A DNA stretch of 63,566 nucleotides, counting the filler, from Lenisia limosa (lineage: Eukaryota; Protista; Breviatea), in the NCBI GenBank assembly GCA_001655205.1. It is 12 parts of 12 records of this genome, joined end to end, with 100 filler letters (N's around TTAATTAATTAA, not from the genome) between each part and the next. Parts side by side here need not be neighbours in the genome. Positions count along the whole stretch, not along the records: positions 31,559 to 37,115 come from LPNZ01008883.1; positions 37,216 to 45,941 come from LPNZ01007138.1; 10 more parts are not named here. The stretch is one strand, 5' to 3'. Below, in pieces: positions 31,685 through 44,800 of this stretch. The position numbers were made by a program, and so were the translations under genes. The notes beneath the pieces were generated by a model. The model did not search any database. It was not told the origin of the DNA and saw only the letters and a list, made by a program, of their open reading frames with translations. Position 1 is the first letter of the stretch, and the number at the start of each line of letters is the position of its first letter.

Positions 31685-34600
31685 GTGGCTCTTGATGCCC
31701 GACCGCTCTGGTTGTGGATCACCAACTACGTCCTCATTGACATGGTGCTATGGATCGATATTTACGTCAAGTTTGGTGTGTCATACCTTCATGAAGGGAT
31801 GTTTGTCACGGTATGTAGTCTTTCTCCTTTGTTTTATGAGAGCAGAAAATACATGAAATAAAAACAATATAAGGGTATAGGAGAAATTTGTACATGGGAA
31901 TACCATAAACAATACGCAGCGCTGCGCCTCTTCCCAACTGTGTTTGATGACGATCTGGATGATCATATACTTAAGCGGACTTGGTCCTAATAGCAGTGGA
32001 TCCCAGCGATCTTTCACTCAAACAAAAAAAAGATGATCTGATCATTGCTTCATTCGACAAAGCAGGATCCCATGAGAACACCTTATCCAGACCCCCCCCC
32101 CCCNNNNNNNNNNNNNNNNNNNNNNNNNNNNNNNNNNNNNNNNNNNNNNNNNNNNNNNNNNNNNNNNNNNNNNNNNNNNNNNNNNNNNNNNNNNNNNNNN
32201 NNNNNNNNNNNNNNNNNNNNNNNNNNNNNNNNNNNNNNNNNNNNNNNNNNNNNNNNNNNNNNNNNNNNNNNNNNNNNNNNNNNNNNNNNNNNNNNNNNNN
32301 NNNTAAATTTCCAATTTTACTTTGGGGGTTTCAGATTATTCGGTTCGTGATTAGTCTTTACCAATTTATTTCCCCGAAATTTCCTTCATCTTACCCCCAC
32401 CCTCTAGGATGCCAAAGTAGTCGCCAAGCATTACCGTACCGGGTGGTTTCCTGTGGACCTTATTTCTGTTCTTCCGCTTGACCTTCTCGTCTTCGTCATC
32501 GGTGGGTTGTGTAGGGGTTCCCTACGGTCCCAAAAAAGACCGAATATTTCAATAAATCCTCGATAAATATCGTCAATTGGAGGTAGGGCTTCACTTCGGT
32601 TCGAAAAAATTCTGTATAATCTCGATAAATTTCAAAGATTTATCGAGAAATTCAGTCTTTTTCAAAGCGAAGTGAAACCCTAGTTGTTTGGCAATTAGGA
32701 GGTTATGTTCTTGACACACAACTAGTGCCTGGGGGGTGCTGTAAAGGTTCATGCCGATTAGGTCTCTTGTTAGGATCAAATAATGCTGGGGTATTTTTTC
32801 CTCTAACAGCTGGAGCTCCGTGCAATTAATTTTTTGAGGAAATTAATTGGCAAAATTAGAAAATAAATTATGATATGTTCCACCTTAAATTTTGAAATTA
32901 ATTTTTCAATTAATTGCACGGAACCCTACCTACAACCCTACAATAAATCACCTTTATAAAATGAGAAGGCGCATGATTGATACAGGCACGGAGTACCTTC
33001 CCCGTCTGCGGCTATTACGCCTTTTGCGTGTCATTGGCGTGTGGTTCAAATTCAGCGAGTTGGAGAACAAGCTGACCTTGAGTACCGGTACGCCTACTGT
33101 TTGGGGCAGGTCACGACAGGTCACAATATGGGGTGAATCGTTTGTGTGAACTCGCAGATGGCAACAATATACTTTCCCCATTTCTTTCCAAGCAATTAGA
33201 ATCATATAATATCGATATAATATTTCGTGTTAACTCTCCTAAAGAAAAGTCAGCATCACAGACATTTACTGTATCAGGGCAAATGCGACTCTACAAGTTT
33301 GGCATCCTGGTTATCCTGTTCTCACACTGGTGTGCGCTCATGTGGATGTACATTGGCTGTGGTGTGGGGCAAGACGGCTCAAGCTGCAACCCCCAGGGCT
33401 GGGCTGTGGAGGAAGGAATCCAAGCTGAGAGCCACTATGTCAAGTACTTATGGGCCTTGTATTGGTGTGTGACCACCATCTCATCTGTCGGGTTTGAGGG
33501 GCTATTTTACAACAAAAGATTACCACTTCCATCTTTTCCCCTTCACTGTTTCTCAATATGATATATACAGTGACCGGGATAAGTCTTGACTGATTTGCTC
33601 AATGATTTTCCAAGGAAAATAGGTCAAGGCTTATCCCGGTCATTATCTATTCTGGCACTCTGGTGATCCTTTGGTCGGTTCCATTGCCACCCTCCTTTAA
33701 GCCAAATTTCATCACGATTGTTTTTTTTTTGAAATAGAAGCCTTTTTATGTATTATATAATTTGTATTGTTTTTGTAGCCCTTGTCTTTGAAATAAAACA
33801 GGGTTGTATCCGGACGAAGTCATCCATATCATCACGCTTATAAGGGATAAATATTATAGAGTGACCGGGATAAGTCGACCGATTTTCCAAGGGAAATCAT
33901 AGAGCAAATCGGTCACGACTTATCCCGGTCTGTATAAAACTTGTTATATGCTATTTGTCTCACACTTGTAGTTATGGTGAAGTCACCCCGATGACGCATT
34001 TGGAGCGAATGTGGGCGATGTTTGTCATGGTTGGTGGGGCTTGCTTATGGGTGTGTGTGTGTGGGGGGGGGGGGGNNNNNNNNNNNNNNNNNNNNNNNNN
34101 NNNNNNNNNNNNNNNNNNNNNNNNNNNNNNNNNNNNNNNNNNNNNNNNNNNNNNNNNNNNNNNAGATTTTCACCTTTTTTCCCTCTTGACAATGATCTTT
34201 AGATCCTCGGTGTTGTTCTAACGTCCTTCATCTTGGGTAATATCGCAAATTCCATTTCCAACTCCGACCAGCTCCGATCGCGATTCAAGAACAAGGTATG
34301 CTGATGCTCACATCTTGGGCTTCTCTACGGTCCCAAAAAGGACTAAATTTCTCGATAAATTATTTCCAATTTTTTGTTTGGAGTTTCAGATTATTTGGTT
34401 CGTGATTAGTACCTTTACGCCAGTATTCTTTATCGAATCCTTCATTTTACCCCAGCCCCTTAAACCTTTTAGGTTGAAATTCTCGTGGCTTACATGAATT
34501 ATCTGAGACTGCCTAAGGCGCTGAGAGGACACATTATTCAGTATCATGAGTATCTCTGGGAGAGAAATAAGTGAGCAGGAGCTCTCGTTTGAAAGCAAGA

Positions 34601-36870
34601 TACAATTAGTCCAAATCAATACTACAAATAAAGTCCTCTGTAATATGTTCAAAGTTTCTTCATTTGAAGTGTTAATCTCCAATTCGGCCTTAAAAAGACT
34701 GATTTCCTCGATAAACCCTGGATAAACCCTCGATAAATCTTCAATCAATGTAAATATTTTGCCCATCCTTTTTGAACCAAATGATGACCATTTCCAGGGG
34801 AGTGGAGTGGACTGAAATCTACCATGTCATTCCGGAGTCCTTCCACGCTGACGTGGCATTTGCCATCAACAAGCCCATTCTCGGCAAGGTTGACATATTC
34901 AAAGACACCCCGGACGCCTTCATCCGCCAACTCTCCGCTTTTCTCAAGCCTATCTTGTACGGCAACTTGCGGGCAAAATATTTGTGTTATCTGCTATGTA
35001 TACGCTATATCAAATGATTGGGTGAATTAATATTATACTATAATTCAATATCATATCTTTTATAAGCAGCTTTTCAATTTCCTCATCCACCTTTATTTGA
35101 GAGCAAGAACACTAAAAAACAATTTAGGGATGCAATACCCCACATCTGTATATCTTTCGTAGATTACTCATAAATGCCAGGGTCCCTGCAGGGCAACTGG
35201 TGGTTTCTAAGGGCGACTGGGGTAGTGAAATGTTCGTCATCAACTCCGGAACGGTCGAGGTCATGGACGGCGAGCTGAAAATCGTTTTCGACACCATGGA
35301 TGATGGAANNNNNNNNNNNNNNNNNNNNNNNNNNNNNNNNNNNNNNNNNNNNNNNNNNNNNNNNNNNNNNNNNNNNNNNNNNNNNNNNNNNNNNNNNNNN
35401 NNNNNNNNNNNNNNNNNNNNNNNNNNNNNNNNNNNNNNNNNNNNNNNNNNNNNNNNNNNNNNNNNNNNATGATAGCTATAATATCTGTATTATTAATGTT
35501 CCAGGTTGCTTTGGTGAAATTTCCCTCCTATACAAAAGTCAAAGAACGGTTTGCCTTTAATAATACCAAACAGACTGGATTTCTCACGATGTACATAGCT
35601 ATATGATATATACATTGACCGTGTTTAAGTTTTGATCGATGTATCTGAGGAGAAATCTAATCATGTTGGTGAAGACTTACCACTAGGGTGTCACTTCGGT
35701 TCGAAAAAAGACTGAATTTCTCGATAAATCCTCGAAAACTTTCGATATTTTACCGATATTTTTCTTACTGAAATGAAGCCCTGCTTACCACAGCCACTGT
35801 TACAGACATTTCGTATACCACAATTGCGGCCAAATTTTTTTTTTGTTTTTCTATTTTAATCTAGGATAGTGGGACTTCTTAACTGACGATTTTAGGCCTC
35901 TGTTCGCGCCAAGACGCATTGTGATATGTTCATGCTAACAAAACAAGACCTAGACCTCTGTCTAACCTCGTGGGGGGGGGGGGATTCAACAGGAAATACC
36001 TGTTGATGGGGNNNNNNNNNNNNNNNNNNNNNNNNNNNNNNNNNNNNNNNNNNNNNNNNNNNNNNNNNNNNNNNNNNNATCGGGGGTTTATCGAGAGTTT
36101 CAAGGAGGTTGTCAGTTTAATAATATTATTTATTCTGGAACATTTTTGTGGGGTGTAATAATAACAACATGGGGGTCCCCAATGACAAACTGCTGACCAT
36201 TCAGTTACCCCGAAATTGAGGAGCGAATCCGATCTACTGCGCGCCTACGCCTCAGAAAACATGAAACCCGACGTGAGCCTAATAGGCCATGGAATTTTTG
36301 TTTTCCGGTTTTTTTTGGTATTGTCATTCATCAAAATGTCTGTCGCTAAGATTTCTCATCCCCTCTACACCGTCATGGCCCTGACTGATCAACATACCCC
36401 CAGCATCATTAAACATACTTTCATTATTTTTGAGCATCTGAATGTTTGGAAATGACAGGGTTGTAGAACGCACAACCAAGCTGCAGCAGATGAGGGAAAA
36501 CTCCAGGAGCCCAGCAGGAAGCGAGAGCGAAGTCCCACTCATCGGAGGCATCGGAATGGTCTGCAGTTTCATGTGGTGTTTTATCATCATCATTGCTCCT
36601 TTCCTGTCTTTGGCACCATCATTGCTCCTTTCTTGTCTTTATCACCATCATCCAAAAACTGTCTACTTTCGCTTTTATTGTTTTCATTTTATGTTTATTA
36701 TTTTTTCAAATCTCCATGAATAATCTCATTTAGCCCAGTTTTCATCATCACCCAACATACTCTTATTTAGCCCGGTTTTTAACATAGCCCTACAGGTCCC
36801 TCGAGACTCCCCATCAGACAAAGGGGCCCAGCTTTCCGGCCACTCAAGTCACTCTGCTCATTTGTCAGGT
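31685..36870 (+). CDS. Voltage-gated K+ channel with cyclic-nucleotide-binding domain (KCNH/HCN/CNG-like), partial
   Basis: S4 reads LPRLRLLRLLRV. The pore reads ALYWCVTTISSVG|YGEVTP (GYG split by intron 33492-33971). C-linker YMNYLRLPKALRGHIIQYHEYLW; CNBD GDWGSEMFVINSGTVEV, FGEISLL, QRT|ASVRA. Confidence 0.92.
32326..32407 (+). repeat. Intronic module E (~85 bp), next to the acceptor
   Basis: Consensus ggagtttcagattattcggttcgtgattagtacctttacgcc..atcgaaattccttcattttac-Cn-AG. Copies at 32326, 34380, 42635 and 43735 (+), and at 53235 plus partial 54525 and 61820 (-). Confidence 0.9.
32586..32680. mobile_element. Palindromic MITE-like family A (TA-flanked, GGGCTTCACTTCGGTT termini)
   Basis: TA|GGGCTTCACTTCGGTT...(AG)CGAAGTGAAACCC|TA. 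Good copies at 35684, 37952, 44643-44727, 46286, 46544, 48045-48129 and 57555-57650, with many partial copies. Confidence 0.85.
32812..32926. mobile_element. Palindromic MITE-like family H (GGGCTCCGTGCAATTAATT termini)
   Basis: ggagctccgtgcaattaatt ... aattaattgcacggaaccc|TA. A half copy TA|GGGCTCCATGCAATTAATT starts at 19702. Confidence 0.7.
33568..33645. mobile_element. Tc1/mariner-type mini-MITE (family G)
   Basis: TA|CAGTGACCGGGATAAGTC...GCTTATCCCGGTCA. A second copy lies at 33859-33932 in the same intron. Confidence 0.8.
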
Positions 36871-37289
36871 CGGTTACACCTCTTTCTCTCCTACTCATCC
36901 TTACCCCAAACTCCCTCTCCCGTCATCGATCTATTAGAGAAATCATATTCATTAGAAATCTAGGGAAACAAATAAATACAAAGGGATCTATTTTGTAATA
37001 ATAATATTAGCTCTATTAAATGACACGTTGTAGCCAAACAGCCCGTTAGTTCGCACGGTGGAATGAACACATCGCCCCTGGCTTTAATGCATCAAAACAC
37101 CAGCTCGTCAATATCNNNNNNNNNNNNNNNNNNNNNNNNNNNNNNNNNNNNNNNNNNNNTTAATTAATTAANNNNNNNNNNNNNNNNNNNNNNNNNNNNN
37201 NNNNNNNNNNNNNNNAATGAGGAATAGTAAAACATCTACCATGTTTGTGGTATTATAGCCCACAAGCTTACGTTTGTTCGTTGGAGGTT

Positions 37290-40200
37290 TTTTAGTCGAA
37301 TCAGCTGTATTGTAGGTACCGGGAGAAGAATCAGCCTTTTTGTTGGTACCTGGAGAAGAATAAGACGAAGCTGTTTCAGAAAATTACCACAGAATTATTC
37401 CGAAGGGTCATTTTGATTACTTACGCCATTTTTTACGTTTTATTTGAAGCAAAAAAGGAGGGACTGAAACACCTTAATAAGGATTTACCACTCTGGTCCT
37501 CAAATGTGTGAGGCTATGACAAAGATTGGATGAATATAGATATTATGCCCGTCTTTTTAGAACCGAAGTTAGAAAAAAATTTAGGAGTTAGCATTTTGCT
37601 CAAGAAATCCAAAAAATAGAATACTCCTTCATCTTTTATTGGAGTCCATGAAAATATGGAAAATATCAACATTTATAAAGGACTTATCGAGAAATCAATT
37701 GTAGCTTTAAAACAAAACAAAATGTCATCCAGACCTTCAACAGCATTCGTTTCTTTTGCCGCTTTTGTCGCGTACGGGGTGATTGGTGCATTGGCAGAGC
37801 CTGAGGAGGTGACACGGGGATGCTTGGTGCAATATAATATGAATTATTTTCAAACAGGATCTAATACCTACTCTGTTGAAAGGGGCTGACTACTGGGGAT
37901 TTCTTCTGGAAAATTAATGAAACAAGGTAGGAGTTTAAAACTTTTATGTAAGGCTTCACTTCGGTTCAAAAAAAGACAGTTTCTCGAGAAATCTTCGAAA
38001 AGTATCGATATTTTACTGGTCTTTTTCGACTGAAGTGAAGCCATACTTTTATGGTAAGTTCCCCTAATAATGGACCTTGGGTCTCCAGTCACAAAACAGA
38101 TTTAATTTTCTTGAAAATCTCATAATTGAACCATCATTTGAAAATCTCTATAAATTAATCATCATTTAATCAAAAGAAGCACTACCCTCCCCCCACCTCG
38201 GCGACCGGAGCAGTGTAGCCTGCAACCAGATTCAGCGCCCTGTTGGTGAGTTCAGGAGCGGGTGAGGACTGGCGCTGCGGGCCGGGCGAGTCGTCCCCTT
38301 GGAGCCACAGCAGCTCGCTGTCGTTGACCAGGCCAAGCTCGGGGCTGTTGGGGGTCAGTGGTACAAAATGTTTTTACACCAGGAGTAACAGTTAAATAAT
38401 GAGGCAAAGTTCCGTTCCACACATATTTAGGTGCTTCCCTACAGTCCCAAAAAAAGACGGAATTTCTCGATAAATATCGATATTTTAACGGTCTTTTCGG
38501 ACCGTAGGTAAGCCCCACACATATTGAACAGTTCCCCTTTGTTTCCTAATAAAGACATATTTTCCACTCACATTCTCTTATCCGCATCGGCAATGGAAAT
38601 CTCAGGACTTGCCCGAACAGGGGTTTTGGCCGGAAGCCGACGTGCAAATGGCGTGGATTGTGGCGTGAGATACGACCGAGCGCGTGAGGTGGCCGGGCTT
38701 GCGACAGGCTGCCAATTCTGGGGGTTACAGCATGCAAGAGGGGGGGTTCGATTGAGGACGGAGTCTTGGGAGAGGGCAGTCTGAGACCTTTGCGAGAGTT
38801 GCGAGAGATAGAAGTGCTGGGTCTTCTTCGTTTGGGGTGTGATGGTTGGTGGTGGAGTGGAGTGGGCTAACCAGTCTTCAAGATCCGCTGAGAGTTCAAA
38901 AGCTTTAGGAAGTTGCGAGGGAAGAGGAGGGGACCGTTCAACGGGATTGGAAGGAAGCGGTTTGGTAATAATAGGATTGGGAGACGGTTCTTGTTCTTTG
39001 ATCACCAGAGGTGCAATGGGAAGTGGTGGCGAATAGGTCACTTCATCCAAAGGAAGGTCATCCTCACTACTCGAGTCGCTTTCATTACCCACACCTACGT
39101 TGTCAACCCTGACAGGAGCTGTAATACTTGGCGTGGTTGGTGGAGTAGACAGGGTATTAGAAGGAGCGGTGGCGGTAGCCTTGCTGTGGGGGTCAGATGT
39201 GTTATGTTCTGATCCAGACTGTAGCTGAATCTTCCCAGGACTCTTGCTCAGACTTTGCCGTTCAATTCCTTCAGGACTTTGACGTTCGGTATTTTCAGGG
39301 CTTTTGGCTCTGGGACTTTGAGACGAAATCAATGACGATTTGTGGGGCGTGTCTAAATCACTTTTCATCGTATTTTGGCTCTGTTCTGAGGATAGCATCG
39401 TATTAGAGGGGGCAGTGAACGCGGCACTAGCATTACGAGGGGTTTGAGAGGAAACCTTGACTGGAGGGGACAAAAAGAACATTTGCGAGTTGAAAGGTTT
39501 GAGAGTGGGGATTGCCGTTTTGATGAGCGGCTTAGCAACTACTTTAGGAACCGAATAGGGGGCAAGTGGTCTTCGAGTTAACGGCTTGTCAGAGGGAGGT
39601 GAAGCAAGGGAGAAAGCTGCATCGTCATTATCATCATCATCCAGAGGGTTAAAGGCCTCTTTCTGAGTTTCAAAGACGCCGTCATTTGTGGTGTCGTATT
39701 GTGAGTCGAGGGGAAGGTCTTCTTCACTATCACTATCGCTGTCACTGTTGAGACCGACTTTAGAGGGCTTCTGCGACTCATTTGTGGGTGCCATGAAGGG
39801 CTGAATTGTCACGTGATGATTGTTTAATATATACACCTTTAAAAGCATTGAAGAATCAAAGCAGTTTTGGTAAAAATATTTCTTATAGCTATCATATGTC
39901 AACAGTATCCACAAACTAACCAAACCACCACCACCACCACCACCACCACCACCATCCAAACCAACAGTGTCGTCGGAGACATCCAGCCCTTGCGGCCATA
40001 ATGAGGCTGCTGAATCCGATAATCCGGTCATATCCTGAGACTCGTCATATACCAGGCTTGGGGGACTCTGTGGCGGTGACGAAGGTGGGCGTTGCTGTGT
40101 TTCAGACTGGTGTGGTTGGCGACACGAGAAGAGGGAGGGTGAGGGGGCAGCAAAAGAGGACTGGGGTGCCTGAGACTCTCCGGAGATGCGCATGGGGAGA

Positions 40201-41597
40201 ATGGGGGTCGTGAACTCGGCCACCTAGACAGGTCAACAAAATGGACCCAAGAAGCATATCACAAAATAAGTGAAAGTGATGTTTGGAATTAGAGTATTTA
40301 CTGTATGTGTAACATTTTAGCAGAATTATGACTTTGCAATTCCCTTTCCCCTGCTGCCTACCATGGGGGCCTGCATAGTACCAGGGTTTGTTGGTGCAGT
40401 GCTGGCTTGGGGGCCTGTAAGGTTATACAGGACGATTGAACGAAATGAAGCCTCGGATATCAGGGTTTTTTTTTGTTGAAATTGGTGGATATTTAGCTCT
40501 TTTTTAGTCACAATATTGAAAACTAATTTGGAGGCTTGCTTTAAGTTTTACTTCTAAACCTGATAAGCAATATAAAGGTCTATCAATCTTCAGTGGATTA
40601 TTCAAATTGTGGCCAGTATAATGAGGATACAGTATTTCTGTGTGACTATTGTCATGCATCTCAAAAAAAACCCGAAAAAGGTATCAGCTGTTCTGTTCCC
40701 TCTCTTACTGATTTCAATGACTCTAACCGAGCCATCCGATTCAGAGCCGGTGTTCGATCCTGGTGTCTCCACTACTCAGATGAAATGTGACTGAATAGTT
40801 TGAACGGGTCAGAACTATTAATACCCATCCAATACCCCCTCACCTTCATGATGGAAAGTTTTGCCGACAAGGCTCAGGAAGGAGATTCGGCTCGGAACCA
40901 CGGGGCTCGGATGCTGCATACTGAGTTCCGAAGAGACTTCCGATGAAGTGACCTGCGGGGTGCTAGGGGTGCGGGGGATGGGTGGCACACTGGTGTGTCA
41001 ACAAAACAAGGCAATTCTGTTTTTTTTTTAAAAAAAGTGTGTGTGTGTGTGTGTGTGAGGCATTATGTGGTCAACATTTAAATAAACAAATGAAAAGTAA
41101 GTAGAAAAGAAAGATGTGACCTATTGCCATATCAAAAAGTGGCGTAAAGTCATTTATTTTGGATAAACTACTCTCCAAATAATCAAAAAAAAAAAACGAG
41201 CAACGTTTTACGGAATAGCCCAAAATGCACACACCAACACCCTAACACCACCAACGTTTTCTGGCCCGTTTTAAGGGGCTTTGGAGAGGCTTCATTATCA
41301 CTGAAAATGTCCAAAGTCCTGGCTTGAACCCTGCTCCGGTTCGGCCTTAATGGGGCCAAGGGATGGCTTTCAGATGAAGATGACTGTTGATCTGTGGGGT
41401 GAGAAAAAGGGGGTGGAGGCTTATTTATCGGTAAAAACCATTAAAATGACAATAAAATTATTATAATCTGTAAAAGCACCCAATATACAAGAAGGAGATG
41501 CCTTTGTAGAATTTGGTGAAGGGGCTGAGATCTTGAGATTAGGATGGAGCTTTTTGCGCTGGAAGACCTTCTGGGTCAACTTTGGAGTGTTTAACAT
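37290..41597 (-). CDS. Large low-complexity (S/P/D/T-rich) probably disordered protein, 3'-truncated
   Basis: ATG at 41597 (MLNTPKLTQKVF..), several GT-AG exons, the 551-aa ORF 40223-38568 (contains a probable 120-nt intron) and further exons near 38340-38190, 37820-37700 and 37370-37290. Confidence 0.7.
38430..38515. mobile_element. Palindromic MITE-like family B (GGGCTTCCCTACGGTCCC termini; same core as family A)
   Basis: ggtgcttccctacagtccc-aaaaaagac..tcgataaatatcgatatttt..gtcttttcggaccgtaggtaagccc. Other copies at 55532-55619, 32514, 34317, 11790-11855, 54202 and 9251. Confidence 0.8.
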
Positions 41598-41890
41598 TTT
41601 AAATAATTGCAAGGATTATTATTAGCTTAAGAGGGCGAATTAAAAGTGTTACAAAAGGATAGACGAATTCTGTGAAGGTCTGTGATGGGTTCCATTAAGC
41701 TTTTGTTGCATTACATATTTATAATTTGAAAATATTAAAACGATTGTGTTAACACTTTGCACTTTGGCCATTAAGATACTATCAAGTTATCTGTCATATT
41801 CTTCGGTTGCCGCAGTTTGACCTTTTCGCGAAATTTCAAAAATATCGACCTTTCAGGCGTTCTCCCTTCTAGTTCGTCTTGTAATATAAA

Positions 41891-44800
41891 ATGGGTAAAA
41901 AGGAGAAGGGTGTACGTCCCGCAAAGCGGAAGTCCGAGGATGTAGCAACTCCTGCCAAGAAGGCTAAGGCCTCTCCTGCCCGTGCTATAGCTGATAATGT
42001 TTATGGAAGCTCAATCAAGGCGCTCCCCGTCTTCTCCATTGTCTCCAACCTTGCCAAGAACACATACCCCCTTAAAGATCGGTACGTGTGTTGTTGAATC
42101 AGGAATTGGGATTGTTGGGATGTGACGATTATCAAATGTGAAACTGTAGCTAATATGGAGTTTGATGGATATTCTGAAAGGGGTAAATCAGAAAGTTCTA
42201 TCCCAATATGGCACATGCAAGCCTTTATCTTGTATAAAACTGACTTTTCCTCCCATTACCATCATTACAACATAGTCTTGAAGTTTGCCCCATGATTTGT
42301 CGCGAAGAAGCAGGAATCAAGCTTCCTCTAGGTGGATAGGGGAATCAAGCTTCCTTTAATCGATTTTGAGTTTGGTAAAAAGCAAAACAAATAGAACTTT
42401 GTGATTTTCAGGTTTTGTTTTGTTACATAAATCTCCTCTCTCCAGCCTCATCATAATTTCCATATGTTCTTCGTTTTACCCATGGGTTTGGAACGGACAA
42501 GCCTGGGCGTTGTTTGTCTTGTTATTTTCAACCCTCGCGTGGTTTTATTGAGTCAACAAAGTTGTTTTTGTGGTTGTTGTTTCATACATTTTTCCATTTT
42601 AGTTTGTTTTTGCTTGTTTTTTTTTTGTTTGTTTGGAGTTTCAGGTTCTTCGGTTCGTGATTAGTACTTTACGCCAAGATTCATCATCAAAATTCCTTCG
42701 TTATACCCCACCTCCCGCAGGCAACGTGGAGTCCATCATGACTTCGGTTGCTGGGTGGCTCGTGGACCTCGCAATTCATCCGAAGCTCTCTGCTCAGAGA
42801 GAAGAGGGCGGCATGGTTATGTGGGNNNNNNNNNNNNNNNNNNNNNNNNNNNNNNNNNNNNNNNNNNNNNNNNNNNNNNNNNNNNNNNNNNNNNNNNNNN
42901 NNNNNNNNNNNNNNNNNNNNNNNNNNNNNNAATATTCAGAGTTTTCTTAAAATAAATAGAGGAGCCGCTTTTAATACCCATAACCCAACTATTTGCTGAT
43001 GACTCCAGAAACGGCTTGTATTGGAAGGCTTTAGACGAGGTCCTTGCAAGCGAGCGGCTTCCTAAGAAGTTCGTAATTGACCACAAGATCACCAGACTTT
43101 TCGACAGCATCACCGCCGATACGCTCAGCTCTGAGAGTGTCACACATGCCAAAAACGTGAGCCTGGGGCATTCTTGGTTGTATGGGTGCTTTTTGAGCTG
43201 GTGGTTTGTTAATCCACTATCCTCATAAGGTTCTTTTGTAAACAGAGAATGTTCAAAGTGAAGTAATTTGAAGTTTATGTTCTGCATTAGATTGTACCAC
43301 AACTATTAATCAGTTCTTTTTGGAACCTGCTTGTTTGCAATTCATGTCCCAGCTTAGGCTTGATACATTGTTTTACTCTTTTTTTTTTTGTTTTTTCACA
43401 TCCCTAGATTTGTTTTAATAGATCTCTCTCAACAAATAACTCAGTACATGTGTAGGTTCTTGACACTCTTTTTTCAAAGTTCGGCAAGGTTTTCCGCCCG
43501 CATCCCGAGAGCCTGGCAAAATCAAGTTTGAAGGCTGCTGCTGTTTAGCCCCCAAAATTTCCATTCACCCCCAAAAATGGATTATATTCTATTTATGTTT
43601 CTTATAGCCCGCGTTACATCTAGTATCTTGGTTTTCACTCTAATTCTAAGCGGACATTGTTTCTTATGAGTTGTTCCTGTTTACAAAAATTCCCTACTAT
43701 TGCCTAAATTTCCACTTTTACATTGTTTTTTTGTGGAGTTTCAGATTATTCGGTTCGTGATTAGTATCTTTACGCCAAATATTCTTTATCGAAATTCCCT
43801 TCATTTTACCCCCCCCCCCCCNNNNNNNNNNNNNNNNNNNNNNNNNNNNNNNNNNNNNNNNNNNNNNNNNNNNNNNNNNNNNNNNNNNNNNNNNNNNNNN
43901 NNNNNNNNNNNNNNNNAGCTGGCTGTTCAGCTTGCCGTTTCCAGTCTCGCCGCACTGAAGTGGCTAGTTCTCCAGCATCAGACACCCGTTTCGGTAAGGA
44001 CGCTGGCCTTATAGGCACCTTACACAGTTCTCATCTTTACGCTAATATTGCCTAATTATATATTTATATCGATATCATTTGTTATTGACTGTATTGATAG
44101 CTGACCTACCATCTAAACACAGCTGACCTGCCCATCTAAACACAGCTGACATGCGTAGAACTTTGAGACTGTCGTGGAACATGTGGTGATTGCTGCCGCC
44201 TCTGCTATCCAGCGTCACCCCTCCAATGCCCTAATCAGAGCCTTCGAAGATCTTCTCAGTGTCAGTGTCTTTGAGGAAACCCTGTGTCATGACTTGGTGA
44301 AGAACAGTGCGGGTACCAAGGGTGGGTAGAATGATGCTGTTGTAGAAGTGAAATATCATAGCTGTGATTGATTCTGTATATTTCACAATATTTTAGGACT
44401 CATGGCCAAAATCAACAGGACTGTTTCTGAAGCCAAGGCTGACGGTGGAGGGGGTGGTGATGATGTTTAGTTATCTAGGCAAGGGGGTGGTAATGAAACC
44501 GTTTTCGTTCCAACCTGGGTAATTTAGCGTCAGGCTTTTTGGTGTGGAAGCGTCTCCTGTCTATGGCCGCAAAGTGGCAAGATGAGCATCAGCAGTCCAA
44601 ACCCAAGGTGAGCTGATCGTTATGGCCAACTGAGTCTTATATGGCTTCACTTCGGTTAGAAAAATACCGGGGAAATATTGAGGATTTATCGAGAAATTCA
44701 GTCTTTTTTTGAACCGAAGTGAAGCCCTAGTCATATACATATCGTCTCTTATTGCATGATTCGTGTAAAGCTTCGGCCAGACATTCGTCTTTTATAAAGC

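Noticed and set aside
33481-33500. Non-canonical channel filter VGFEG from the ORF track
   Set aside because: This is read-through into an intron; splicing restores VGYGE.
43757-43772. Module E segment gtgattagtatct resembling the U2 snRNA branch-recognition region (gtgtagtatct)
   Set aside because: It is only about 10 matching bases with an indel, and there is no U2 stem-loop or Sm site.
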